This document shows, piece after piece, positions 1 through 11,820 of a stretch of 64,000 nucleotides of DNA (positions within the stretch are counted from its first letter, which is position 1; every line of letters begins with the position of its first letter). The DNA comes from Orbicella franksi (lineage: Eukaryota), in NCBI GenBank assembly GCA_964199315.1, contig OZ116702.1, forward strand, positions 8,866,001 through 8,930,000. Reading direction: 5' to 3'. The notes beneath the pieces were generated by a model. It was not told where the DNA came from, made no database searches, and saw nothing but the letters and a program-made list of their open reading frames with translations. The position numbers and the translations under genes are program-made.

Positions 1-288
1 TTATGGGTTTGCTTTAAATACCTAAAATTTAATGTTCTGTGAATAAAACTGACTTACCTTGCTTTCCTGTCGTATTCTTTGTTGTATTCTTTGGCATTAC
101 TTGAGTGGCTATATGTACTCGTTAAAACAAAATTGTTAGTTAGAATGCATAAGACCCATGTCAAAAAGGATCCATCGAAGCCATAGTCAAGTTCGCTACC
201 GTGTGAAATAGTTTGCGTGATTCATGATAAAGTACTAGTGCTATTGAAAAAACAAACAGACTGGTCTATAGATATAAGCTGAGTTGTA

Positions 289-680
289 AACGATTTTTTG
301 ACTTCCCTTCAAAGTTGTTTTCTCGTTCCCACAATTGACAAACCAACGCGTGTCCGCTCTACCTCCGCCACCCTAATTGACAGCATTTTTATCAACAATC
401 CTGATCAAGTTGTGGCTAGTGGAAATATCATCTCTGATATAAGTGATCATTTCTCGTAATTCTGTATTCTGAAGTCTATGAGGGATAAAATTAAGATAAG
501 AAAATTTAACGTGCGGGATTTTTCTAGATTCTCTAGGGACAGTTTTAACGCCGATCTGTCTAATGTGAACTGGAATACTCTCTCAGATAAAAAACCGTGT
601 GACGTGGACAATTTATTTTCTTCTTTTTACAACAAGTTTAACAAATTGATAAATAAACATGTACCTATGAAGTCAATTTG
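289..680 (+). mobile_element. Non-LTR retrotransposon (CR1/L2-like) ORF2 fragment: end of the APE endonuclease plus linker, decayed
   Basis: The frame from 289 reads NDFLTSLQSCFLVPTIDKPTRVRSTSATLIDSIFINNPDQVVASGNIISDISDHFS*FCILKSMRDKIKIRKFNVRDFSRF...HVPMKS. It has the PTR..T.ID and SDH endonuclease motifs, one in-frame TAA at 457-459, and is truncated. Confidence 0.88.
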
Positions 681-706
681 TATGTATGCATGTATGTATG
701 TATGTA
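679..706. repeat. (ATGT)n microsatellite at the junction of two oppositely oriented LINE fragments
   Basis: TGTATGTATGCATGTATGTATGTATGTA read directly. Confidence 0.9.
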
Positions 707-925
707 AACCGGACGACAGTTCCCACAGTCTGTTTCGTCATCCTTTTTGTAGATAGGTGTTAGTCTTGCTATTTTCCAATCAGAGTAGACAGCTCTACAT
801 TTAATGCTTTCATGATAGAGGCTGATTAACGATGGGACTATTGCATTTCCCGCAAGTTTTATGAGCTTTGGAGAGATGCTATCGGGGCCTGGGGACTTGT
901 TAGTGCATGAGGAGTTTAGCGAGCC
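707..925 (-). mobile_element. LINE ORF2 fragment immediately upstream of the RT domain
   Basis: NKSPGPDSISPKLIKLAGNAIVPSLISLYHESIKCRAVYSDWKIARLTPIYKKDDETDCGNCRPV matches the KSPGPD...WK.A...PI.K......NYRPI signature. The upstream boundary is approximate. Confidence 0.88.
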
Positions 926-967
926 GAACTGAGTATATTGAGCTAGTTTAGTTTCAGCCGCTTCGAA

Positions 968-1167
968 ATGTCTGACGACGAAACCTCTTCGCATTCATCT
1001 CAATCAAGTCTTTCTATTGACGATGAAAATATGCCTGAAAATGTGATTCGGCCGTACCAGTTCGAACCAGAGTTTTCTTCCAGCGAAGAAGGTGTGGAAG
1101 AAGAAGGAGAATCAGAAGAGGAGCATCAACACGACCACGAAAATGCTCGTACCAGAAATTCAGACTG
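968..1167 (+). CDS. Exon 1 of a P2X7 C-terminal ballast-like / Kolobok KolX-like protein (205 aa when spliced)
   Basis: ATG at 968, acidic N-terminus with an RPYQFEP motif, ends NSD-TG|GTAAGA (phase-2 donor at 1168). Confidence 0.8.
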
Positions 1168-2041
1168 GTAAGAGTTTCTAGATATATTTTCTAACTTAAA
1201 CAATGCAATTTAACCGATCCATCGTGGCACACCATGAATTAAACAGCGTTTGATGTTTTGGAGATGCTGTGAAGATCAAACGCTCACGCTCTCGAGAATT
1301 GTAAACAAACACAATAAAAAAAGAATAAAAATAAAATCGTTCTTGCATGTTTTTGTTAGTTTTATTCATAGCTATTGTGATCTCACAAGCATTTAGAGAG
1401 GCAACATCCACTGCTGTGCTATATTTTAGACCTTACTAAACCAGTTTAAAATCACCCTCCTAAAAACTCCTGGAGTAAAGTCGATTGTACCGATACTCTG
1501 TAATATTGAATCCCTGTTCCTATCAACAACGCAATATACTCCATTTTTTGTAGAACCGTAACAAGATTATGAAACATAATTTTTAAGCTAACCTACTTTT
1601 TTTTAGAAAAGGAACGATTGCCATCGTTACCTCTGAAACGAAAGAAATAACTTTTAATTTAGTTTATTATTAGTAACCTGTATGTTTGGTTTGTTCTAGT
1701 GCTGACAAACTGAGCAGTGTTTGAGCTTGCAAGTGGATCTGGTTCTTGTTTAGAAATCAGAGAAAAACGCATGTAAGACTGTTTTCTATCGCAATCAGAA
1801 CGCAAAAATCTTATAATTTCAGATAAGATTCTGCTATTCTTCTTCAAAAGGATAGGTTTGTAACCCCCTTTTAATCTATAAAGAAAATATTACTGACAGA
1901 ACCTGTTGCATTCCTAACTAGACCGGACTCTCAGATATTAAATGATAAAGAACCTCCTAAGCTATCCTGAAAAGTTTGGGGTAGGTTCATATGTTTTTAC
2001 TGTGCAATAAATCCAAGTCAAACAAAGCTTGTTTACTTTAG

Positions 2042-2459
2042 GTGTACATGTGGAAATTGCCAAATACTGAACAGAAATGAGGAATGTACGTGCTGTTCAG
2101 ATTTTCCTCAAATGTGCGACAAAAACAGGGAGGCAGTAGAGATGGGCGAGGTTGCTGAAGCCCCAGTTTGTATAACTCAGCATCCAGGTTTCCAAGCTGT
2201 TTGTCTCAACAGATGGGTGCTACAGACAGCCTGGTACCAATATAAGCCGCAGTATTCTCAGTCCTATGAAGATCCCCAACATAAACTTAACAGGCACATA
2301 GCCTATCATCAACTTGTCAGATGGTGCTGGGGTATTCTTGGCAAAGAAATAAGAGTCCCTTTGCCATCATGTGCAGTATGTTGCATTAGAGCACACTTTC
2401 CTCCACCAGGACTTGAAGATGACTTCCAGTTGGAGGGTTTTCGTTTTCCAGATGAATAA
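2042..2459 (+). CDS. Exon 2 of a P2X7 C-terminal ballast-like / Kolobok KolX-like protein
   Basis: The acceptor TTTAG| at 2041 restores W-CTCGNCQILNRNEECTCC, followed by CITQHPGFQAVCLN...RHIAYHQLVRWCWGILGKEIRVPLPSCAVCCIRAHFP and TAA at 2457-2459. Exons total 200+418=618 nt with no internal stop. Confidence 0.85.
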
Positions 2460-2989
2460 GAAAAAGTAGGTTCATATGGTGACAAAAAAATTATGGACCC
2501 TTTGTGCTTTGATTGTGTGTTGTAAATTTGATTTTTTTTTTTTTTTTTTTTGGTAAAAACCAATAATATTAACCATTAGGACCCATAAAGTTCCCGTACA
2601 AATGCCTGTAAATCGCAACTTTGTAACAGTCAACACCACTCATAGGCGAGAGTCATGTTTGCGTACGTTTTATTTACATTTTAAATTCTTTCCTCTCATC
2701 TCGCGCTTGGGCCACCTGTGTAAGTATACATGTAGAATACAGTAGGGGCAATTGTACATATATGGTTTACCAGTTTTGTCATTTAAGTACTGTTGCTTAC
2801 TTTGCAAATGGCACTTCAAAATTAAAGTTAAGGTTGTTATTTGCTTACACAGAAAGCCCAACTTCCTACAAGCTGTCTTGTTCACAGCTTTTGGGGTTTT
2901 AAATAAAAGTCACAACAAAGAATAGAAAAAATATGTGCACTGCGACAAATGCTTAAGTAACTACACATGATATGCAAATATCGTCTGTG

Positions 2990-3039
2990 TAACATGCAGC
3001 AAAAATTGCCCGTATCACTGCCATACATCTATACCTTAA
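2990..3039. mobile_element. Probable Kolobok-type terminal sequence with TTAA target site
   Basis: ...GCCATACATCTATACC|TTAA (element end 3035, TTAA 3036-3039). On the reverse strand this is TTAA-GG, about 580 bp downstream of the KolX-like stop. No matching left end was found in the window. Confidence 0.5.
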
Positions 3040-4499
3040 CCTATAATATACCACAGAACCTCCCAAACTACTGGTAAGTTGAGAATTTTATTTTATATCA
3101 AATGGAATTTTAAAAACAAAATTATTTTGTTTTAGTGGGGATAATGGGTTGTTCACTAGTTTAATGGATACACAAGGATATTAAGCTATGCATTAAAGTG
3201 GTACTGTACAATCACTTCTTCCTTAAGATTTTGAAACTCCATCTACTAAACACTCCCTGTGCTAAATTTTAAGCCTTCATAGCAGGGATGAAAAGGAATT
3301 AAAAATTAGAAACTCACTAATTTAACCAGGTTCGAAGAAGATGTGTTTTGAAAAATAATAGCCAAAACTATAAGTTGGCTTTCTCTAACACATTTGGTTT
3401 GCAATGTTCTTCTTAGTATTGCTGGAGTACTTAATGTACAAGAAAAAACTCATAAGCTAACCAGATATTGAACCATAATATAAGGACATAAGCCCTAAAA
3501 TTCTGCCATAAGCCCTAAAATTGCCATTACAATTAAGACCCATTTATGTACAGGTAACAAAAAAAATGAATTATTTTGGCAAGACACAACTCTAAAAAAG
3601 TTATCAACACATGGCAACTGATACATATAATAGCAAGGGCTGATGTTCACCATCCCTACAACAGTCCCTTCTCTACTAAGACTTTCTTCGGTTTGTGTAT
3701 GTTTTCCCTCATCCAACCCATGATGATCATCTATTACTGCAAAAACAGAAATTCAAAGCATTATTATTAAACACAAAATCACACAAATGCAATTATATTT
3801 CAAGTTAGAGACTGTTTTAAAATAACATACAGCCTTGTAGATTAAAAGCTGTTCCTCAGTAAAGGGAAATTTAAAAGAAAACAAAATTCAATCAGAAACA
3901 ACTGCAAGAGTATGACTATCTTATCAAGACCTAGGTTTTTAAAGTCTATTTCAACTGACAATGAAACCAAAACAAAACAGACTGAATCTCTAGAAGCAAA
4001 GTTTAGCTGGTGAGAACTACATCATATTTACCAAGTGATAAAAGACATCCTTGAGAATAAAACTACAAGTTGTTAAACAAACCGTTTTCCCCTTCTTTAA
4101 TTGTTTTTACACATTAACAGAACAAAAAACAAAACAAGTATCCAAAAACATGAATAAATTCTCCAGAAGATAACAAGAATGGCAATGTTCCTCACACAAG
4201 AGCTGGCACAAAGAGATAATGGCAGTGCCACCTAATGAAGACGTGACAAGGCATTGGCATGTATCCCTATTATGTACTAATCGGACCAGCCGCATAGGAA
4301 AGGAAACCTAGGTAAGCACTTCTTGAAGCAGCCTCACATGATGACTATATACACTGTGTGTCTACAAAGCATTGCTTCATAACAAACAGCTTAAAGGAAG
4401 CCAGTCAACAGAGGAAAAGAAGAAAGAAGGACAAACAACCCTGACCTTTACTGGTGATTCCTTAGCACTACATTGCGAACCCTTCAAGTGCAAAATTTT

Positions 4500-4953
4500 C
4501 CCGAGCGGGGTACTCCGTTATATGGGCTATATAGGTATGTACGGCCCCAAAGGGTATGGTTTTTCAGCCGTTTTGGTCATAAATAGGGTATAGATTTTAG
4601 CTGATTTTGGTCATAAATAGGGTATGGTTTTTGCACTCTAGCCTTCATATGGGTAAGTTTTTAAGAAGAAGCCACTTTTTCATCATTATCGAAAAGAAAA
4701 ACAACAAAAGCCCTTCACAAATTATGTTTATGGTAACTTAACATTGGTCTGAACTAGGGAACCAATCATAATGCAGGTCTGTAACAGGGTTTTGATTTAA
4801 AGGTTGGGTCATAAATAGGGTTTCGAATTTTTGGTCAGGTCATAAATAGGGCAGGGAATATCGCAGATTTTGGTCATAAATAGGGTAAGGGTCTTTGGAA
4901 GCGGGCCGCACACCCCCACTCAATTTTTTCGGAAGTACCCCCCCCCCCCCCCG
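4500..4953. mobile_element. Non-autonomous DNA element with CCCG..GGGGTACT / AGTACCCC..CCG ends and subterminal repeats (CACTA/CMC-like)
   Basis: The ends are inverted. Five copies of GGTCATAAATAGGG lie at 4575, 4609, 4807, 4838 and 4872. The TSD is not clear and the superfamily is inferred. Confidence 0.6.
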
Positions 4954-5812
4954 TGAGAATTTTACACTTATGCAATAGCATGCAAAACAAAATCATTACT
5001 CGTGGACACAAATTAAGACCTTAAAATCTAACAACTTGAGGAACGCTCTGATTGTATGTCATTTGGATTATTTTAGATTCTTTTGCATAAGTTGTTTAGT
5101 ATGTTGTTCCTCATGCTCAAAACTTCATGTATGCCTATCAAAGTTCATCAAAAAACTCTACCTTCCAGCCGCCACAAATTGTAATGTGGATTGATAAAAT
5201 ATATGAATAGTACTATTTATAAGAACTGGCAAAATAGGGTAAGACTGTACATCATATCTCTTTTGCAAGCATGGTGATCTATTTTAATTTATTTTTTGAG
5301 ACTGTGCTTGGTAGGTAACATTCAGGGAAATGTATTGTACATTTGTTTTCATGATTGTGCCCAGGAGATTACTTTAAGCTTACTTTAAAATCGGTAGAAA
5401 TCATTGCCAATACTGATAGAAGCACAGAAATATCAGACAAAATAAAGGCTCGAAAGTTCAAACTGTTACAAGAATGGTAAAACTGATTTCTTGACGTCCT
5501 GAACTAAACTCAAATTTCTTGAACTGTAACCAATTTCAATCCTTGCAATCCTACACTTTATTTCAAAACTACTGTTTTTGCTTTGCTCTATAGCATTTTT
5601 AGGCCTACTCTGGGACCTTAAGTCGCCTAAAGTCGCTTTAAGTCGCCTTAAGTTGCCTTAAGTCACCCCAAGTCACCCTAAGTCGCCTAAAGTCGCCTTA
5701 AGTTGCTTCCATTACGCAATGTTAAAAAGGTTTCAACACACTCAAATTGCCCCTTTAGAAGGTTATTAGACTTGTAACTGTCATGTTAGGGTAAACTCCA
5801 CTCTAACCCTAT

Positions 5813-5975
5813 GGAGGAGGAAGCACGATGGTCCAATGGTTGGTGCAATGGACCCCTATTGTGGATCATTGCATTGTGTTCATACTCTCATAGTGCCTCT
5901 CCTCACCCAGATGTATAAATGGGTACTGGATATGGAACAGGGGGGGGGGGGGGCAGGGTGCAGCAGAGGTAACCT
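5813..5975 (+). mobile_element. Degenerate SINE fragment (tRNA-type head plus conserved central domain)
   Basis: The eroded head is followed by ACTCTCATAGTGCCTCTCCTCACCCAGATGTATAAATGGGTAC, a poly-G run and GGTAACC. This resembles the central domain of widespread metazoan SINEs (from recall, not searched). Confidence 0.5.
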
Positions 5976-6050
5976 TGATAGTTGTGCTTTTAATTTTTTT
6001 TAACACTCGTTCCCAATGCATTGGAGCCATCTAACCCCCCCCCCCCCCCC

Positions 6051-6054
<4 letters not shown>

Positions 6055-6092
<38 letters not shown>

Positions 6093-6280
6093 ACAAGAGG
6101 TTGGCTTTTATGCTTTATTCAGAGCATGTCAAAGCAAAGAAAATCACTGTGAAGCTACTAAAGATAAAGGGACATACTTTCAGGAAGAAAACTTACAGTA
6201 AAGCAACAAGACTTTGCCTCAGCATGCAATATCAATAATTTTGATGGCATTGAAAATAGCAGAGGCTGACTTAGGGTCCT
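6055..6280. mobile_element. Kolobok-type MITE, 226 bp, TTAA TSD
   Basis: TTAA|AGGGCCCTAGTCAGCC ... GGCTGACTTAGGGTCCT|TTAA, with TTAA at 6051-6054 and 6281-6284. Confidence 0.8.
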
Positions 6281-8133
6281 TTAAGAAGCTGAGGACCCAA
6301 CAATTACTGTTATGTCTCAAGGCCGTGGCTCCCTTATACAAAACAAAAACCTAATATTATTATAGTCTTGCACCTCTCTAGCCCCCATGTTAGCAGGAAT
6401 AATTTCTACATGTGGACAATACTTAAATAGGAATGACAATCTGATGTATACTCTCTCACAGACGGCTTTTTATTTCTATCAAGTTTTCTTTTTTTTTTCT
6501 TGTATTTCATTGTAAAAGAGTCAATAATTAAGATGACACTCTGTGTTGTCATCAGGAAGTATGTTAAATGTGGAAGGATATAACAAATGACTATACTGCA
6601 ATAACTTCATTTAAGCTTATCAATTTTTGCACGATATTTCTGAATCAAATCTTCCGAAGACCTACAGTGTATAATTAATAAACAACAACAGTGAGAGGTG
6701 TTCCAGATCCTCTAGATGAAAAGAAAAAAAAAACAGAAAGATTTCTGGGTTAAGGCTCAATTCTTTCTAGTCACTTTTACACTGAGCAGTAAAAATATGG
6801 TCATCCAAAGTCAATTGAACCGAATTGAGTTTACACTTTATATACTTTACTTACCCAGTGTAAAAGAGTGACAAAAGTGGCCCATTTCTCCAGCAAAAAT
6901 CATTGTTTGCATTTTACTTCCACATTCGACCAACTGTAAACGTTTGAATTTCGTAATTGGACGAACCAACTTGCAGCATAATGTTTATCTATCCTTTTCG
7001 TACACATGATGAAACCAGGTATTCACATAATCTTATACACTTTACGTGGACTGCGCTACTGTTACTATCGAAAGCTAAGGTACAGAAAATTCTCTGTGAT
7101 CAACTCTCAGTAAACATGGCCGCCAGGGGAATGTTTGGAACACGTGACTTAGTTTGGCCCGTGACTAAGTACGCGAGCTCACGCGACCTACTCGCGCTCA
7201 CGCGAGTATGATTACTCCGACAGGCGTTTACAAAAGACAAGAAAAAAAAAACTAAACACCAAATTAATACTCTCCGAAATATTTGAAGACAGTAATTTAT
7301 TGTCGGGTGATTTGAAATCACCCGAACACTTAGCAAGAGAACTCGAGTTTTCGTGGCACAGATATCTTGTCTCTTTGAAGCATGGAAACCAGTTAGCGGC
7401 GCAAGGGTTACTGGGAGAATCAAAATGGCGGAGATGAGTGTGTCTGATATCGATGTATCAATTTCTAGTATTTCGTTGTGAAAATGTCGTTCTGGGCATT
7501 TGTAATTTCTCAGGTGGAAACTAGTGAAAGTTTGGAAGGTGTATTTCCTGGTAGTCTGATCAACAAAACCTTCTAAAAAGAATCGATTCACTGTATAAAC
7601 TGCCAGGGTCATCAAAGTTTTCTGGAACCTGACAAGTAGTTGGTGAAATTTGACAGGACGTGTTCTTACGAAGGAACTTAGCATGCGCTATTCATTATGG
7701 TATTGGAATATTTTGTCTGACTGAGACAGGAGAGCATCAAATCGATTGGGTCCCTGAAAAGGACTGAAATTGACAGTGGAGATGCCAAAAATGGCAGATA
7801 AGTGTACCAAGATAACCATTTTTATAATTCGGGAAGCATTGTAAAAGAAATGCATGTAAAGGAGCTAAATTAATTTAAATTTCCCTGTTGTTTGAATAAT
7901 TGATGGAAAATATACAAACACTTCAAATTAAATCAAGATATCTTAAATTTGAATTTTTTGTGACTGTGAATATATTTTTATTAGTTTTGTTTGATTTTTT
8001 TATTGTGATATCTTCACTAATATTCATGCTACCTTGCTGGTGTCTATTGTTATTATTATTCTTATAGTAGAAACTGTTCAGTGTTATCATAATCCTTTCT
8101 TTAATAGTATTTTTTTTAATGGTTTGAAATCTG

Positions 8134-8360
8134 GCCCGGGTTGTTCGAAAGCCGGTTAGCGCTAACCCAGGTAATATATTTTTTTTGAATAGAAATATCT
8201 TTCACTGCTTATGGTTGTGTAGTTTTAAAATGAATCAAACTCAAAACTGAAAGGCAAACAACATAAACAGAAAACTGGACCGAAAAGTTACAAAAAATGA
8301 AAGTAATCAAAATTTCCTCCAATGCTGGGTTAGTTTAATCAGGCTTTGAACAACCCAGCC
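8134..8360. mobile_element. PIF/Harbinger-type MITE, 227 bp, CTG TSD
   Basis: CTG|GCCCGGGTTGTTCGAAAGCC...GGCTTTGAACAACCCAGCC|CTG. The 3-bp CWG duplication is at 8131-8133 and 8361-8363. Confidence 0.75.
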
Positions 8361-9302
8361 CTGGATATTTGAGACTGTGGTGACTTAATTATGTACCAGT
8401 ATTGGTACAATATTGGTTTATTGCAAGAGATATATGGAGAGACTGTTGCTAAGTTTGAATTTATAGCACTCGAGTGAAATAAAGTCTCCCCAGGTCACCT
8501 TAAGTCGCCTTAAATCGCCTTAAGTCGCCTTAAGTCGCCTAAAATCACCTTAAATCGCCTGTAGTCGCAATGTTTTTTCTGCCAATTTTGCTTAAGTCGC
8601 CTAAAGTCACCTTAAATCGCCCAAAGTCACCTTAACTTACAGCAACTTAAGGTCCCAGAGTAGGCCTATTTTTTATCCAACTAAGCTGTATATTTGGTGG
8701 CATTTGGCGATATAAGGTGGTAATAAGCTGAGTGAAAATTTGCTCTGTCGGCATGACAGCATTTCTCTATGCCCGTGACGGAGGCAGATCTTAATTGTAA
8801 AATGCAAAACACAACAGTGTGGACTATACAAACTTGTGCCAGCTTAGTTCGTGCTGCTTGAAAGCAACACGATCAACAATACTTAGATTGCTGATGAACA
8901 TGTCGAAATGGCTTCGTAAACTTGAGCCATTAATTACTCACTCCATTACTGCAAACAACATAATACAATACACTACACTTCACAAAGCTTCCTACCAACA
9001 ATATTAAGCTTCAAAGGCAGCTGTAAATGTGTTTCGGAACATGCAGGAAGATCCGGTTTCGAGCTGTCACCTGACAAACACCGTCCCGTCCCCTAGTAAA
9101 AATAATTCCAGAGGACACAGTCACAACGCATTTTCATTGGAAGAAACAACAACACATACAATTGGTCAAAAGGTGTTAGACGAGTTTGTTAGACATGTTT
9201 GCCACGCAGGACGAAAGTGCAACGCCATCAGTCCTAGATTCTAGGACTTCCGGCCTTCATGTATGCAGTCGTCATGTCTCTACATACTGTATGATATTGT
9301 CA

Positions 9303-10495
9303 ATGGCGGCCGTTGAGCCAGGATTCGAGGAATCTTTGTGTCAAGCCTTAAGTGGTAGAGAGAAAGTTTCCCTCCATGTTGAACAGAGAGACGATAAGGA
9401 ACATTGTTGTTTTGAAGAAAGACACTAATTTTTGACCCACTTCATTTTAAGACTGAAAGAGTAGCTGAGACCGCCTTACGCACATCGTGATTTTGAGCAA
9501 CTTTGGCTCGATCTCCCGGAACTTGGGGGATATTTTCCAGTCTCGGGGAGAGACATTGAGCGAGGTTGAAATTGAAGATATCAAGTAATCGAAGTATTCA
9601 ATAATTCATGACCTCCCGGAGGCGTTTGTTGGAAAATTAAGGAAGTTACTGGATTGTGAAGATGTGAGATGCAATACGGGAGCTGTCGCAACTGATGGAG
9701 CATGTCTCCTTGTAGAATGGCAAGTGTTTAAAATCTGTCTTGAGTTATTCCCATGTACTACAGTATGATATTAGGCTTTGTAAGCGAACGAATTTGCTCA
9801 GTAACTATGCTTTGGGGCCAAAGAATGTGACAAATAAAATTTTGTACCTTTTTTGAAATAGTCAACATGTCTTCTTGTAGATGAAGTTATGTGTACAAGA
9901 AATGTAATTTAGCTTCTTTATTTAGTCTTGCCTCACCTTCTCTCATTGAGGGTGGAATTCTCTGATTAGGTTGCAAATTATTACAGTGAATGGTGGCATT
10001 GTTTATGTGATCATCATTTCTATTTTATCGATGCACTCAGACAATCCCAATCCTGTATGAAAGGCTACTAATACAAAATGTGGAAATTTAATTGGCTGAG
10101 TTACTTGTATGCTACCACTGAGCACAAACTAATTATTATAAATTTATCATTGCTAAATCAGCAAACATTCGCATACATTGTGTTTACAGGAAGAGTTTTT
10201 GGCCTGCATATGCCCAACTAGGTATGCCAGGTGCCATATTTGCAAAGGTGCCTGTAGTTGCACTAACGGCAACAGTAACTGAGCAAACAAAATGTTATAC
10301 ATCAAGTTCCCTTGGAATGGTGGATCCAGAAATCATTGCAGTGAGCCCCAATAGGCAGAACATTTTCTACACATGTTCAGCATGACCACACACTGGTGAT
10401 GTCAAAATCAAAGTGCTGCTTCTTCTGTACATAGCAAAACGACAAGTTATGAGAGAGAGGATGTCTCCTACAGTGATTTACTCCAATTTACATTC
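9303..10495 (+). pseudogene. RecQ-family (SF2) helicase pseudogene with intron(s), probably transposon-borne
   Basis: ATG at 9303, then a frameshifted Walker A relic (IRNIVVLKKDT..PTSF...KS) and a motif II relic GAVATDGACLLVEW (about 9680-9720). After the acceptor at 10189 it reads KSFWPAYAQLGMPGAIFAKVPVVALTATVTEQTK..SLGMVDPEIIAVSPNRQNIFY..*..TVIY, containing motif III ALTAT and PNR.NI.Y. Confidence 0.82.
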
Positions 10496-11820
10496 ATTTT
10501 GGACATTGTATATTGACAATATAATTGGAAAATTTGACCTCAAAGCAGTATCCCTTGGTTGATGATTTTCTTAACTTGGCCTGTCTCAGACTTGAAAATG
10601 TATTACTACTACAGTAGGGAGAAATTATAGGTTGACCACTTGTTCTTGACAAGTGAAAATTTCATTACTTAGCCCCTATTTTGTAAGTGATGAACACTTT
10701 GTATATTTTCAAATCCACTGTAAACTTTGCAAACTTTAGCTATAAGACTATTATTGTGTACGTTTCCTCGGTTTCTATTTTTTTAAGTACCTATGAAATG
10801 AAAAAAATCAAGTTATTCATTTAGTACAACTCAAATTGCTCCAAATTTTATTCGAGGCTTGAAGAAACAGATGTATTTTTCTACCCTCAATGTTGGTAAA
10901 AAGGTCTCTTCATTTTGGGGGATTGATTGCAAGTCTCTCACTGATTAGTTGTCAGGTAGTAGATACAAACAGAATATCTAAATGTCTGTTTTCAGTTGCA
11001 CATACATGTATATCAGCGTTGAGAATTCAATGTGTATAGTTTTATACAGTGACAAATTTGTTTTGAAATTGATGCCTTGCTGAGACCTGGTTTTAAAAAC
11101 CCTAATTTCACCTAAAACATTTAATTATACCTGACTGCAAAAGGAACACCTCTTAACGTTTTGCATCAGCACATAGTTGAAATATTATCCAGTCATCATC
11201 ATCATCATAAGTTCAGCTTCCTTGTTTGAAGATTGGGGCCAGCAAAGAAAAGTGGAAATCACTTATTGGCCTTCTCACAGTTCCTTCCATTGATGCCAAA
11301 GCAAAAAAAATATGCTGACAATTATTCGCCAGGAAACAAAACCAGTTACACACCGTTTTCCTTCAAGGGCAATAAAGTAATATATTTTAGACATATTTTC
11401 TGAAACACCAACCCTAAGCACGCATTTATAAACCGTTCCAACTTTTTAAAATTGTTGACGGCGCTGTAGTGCAGTCGTGTTGTTTTGGGGAGCAATGATG
11501 TTGATCACCTTCAACGAAAAAGACACATCTGACCACTTTCCACAGTTTCGCGGTTCACTCTTTTTCGCCTCACCGTAGACAGCGTAGAGTGCTGACTGGA
11601 CGAGGGTGATTCCCCAACCTGTTGCGAGCCACAAACTCTTTTCCACAAGATCCTACGATCGACAATTCCTGCGAAGAAAGTGATGCCAGCCACAAAGAAC
11701 GGAATTCTTCAATAGTTTCGTTGGTAAACCATCGCCAAACTTAATTTCTTTCTCAGTTAAAAACTCAAGCACTTCTCAAGATTTCTATGTTTTCAAACAG
11801 CCAATCAAAAATATTCGAAT

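Larger units (their letters stand above)
5600..8668. mobile_element. 3.07-kb non-autonomous TIR element with TAG..CTA ends and decamer subterminal repeats (Academ-like, tentative)
   Basis: The left end TAGGCCTACTCTGGGACCTTAAGTCGC (5600-5626) matches the reverse complement of 8642-8668 at 26/27 positions. Both flanks are TTTT. Arrays of TTAAGTCGCC variants lie at about 5617-5705 and 8495-8635. Confidence 0.8.

Noticed and set aside
1168-2041. Minus-strand ORFs in the KolX-like intron as a Kolobok transposase remnant
   Set aside because: No THAP or DDE motifs are recognisable.
5617-5705. Decamer arrays or the 3.2-kb array as CRISPR-like
   Set aside because: There are no unique spacers between repeats, no cas genes, and the context is eukaryotic.
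7425-7790. Decayed ORF with a possible SWIM-finger-like CxC..xH pattern inside the TIR element
   Set aside because: It needs a frameshift and several stops, key cysteines are missing, and an alternative frame looks equally protein-like.
8891-8935. CTGATGA..GAAA resembling a hammerhead ribozyme core
   Set aside because: The stem II closing pair is A-C, and stem I does not pair in register with a valid cleavage triplet.
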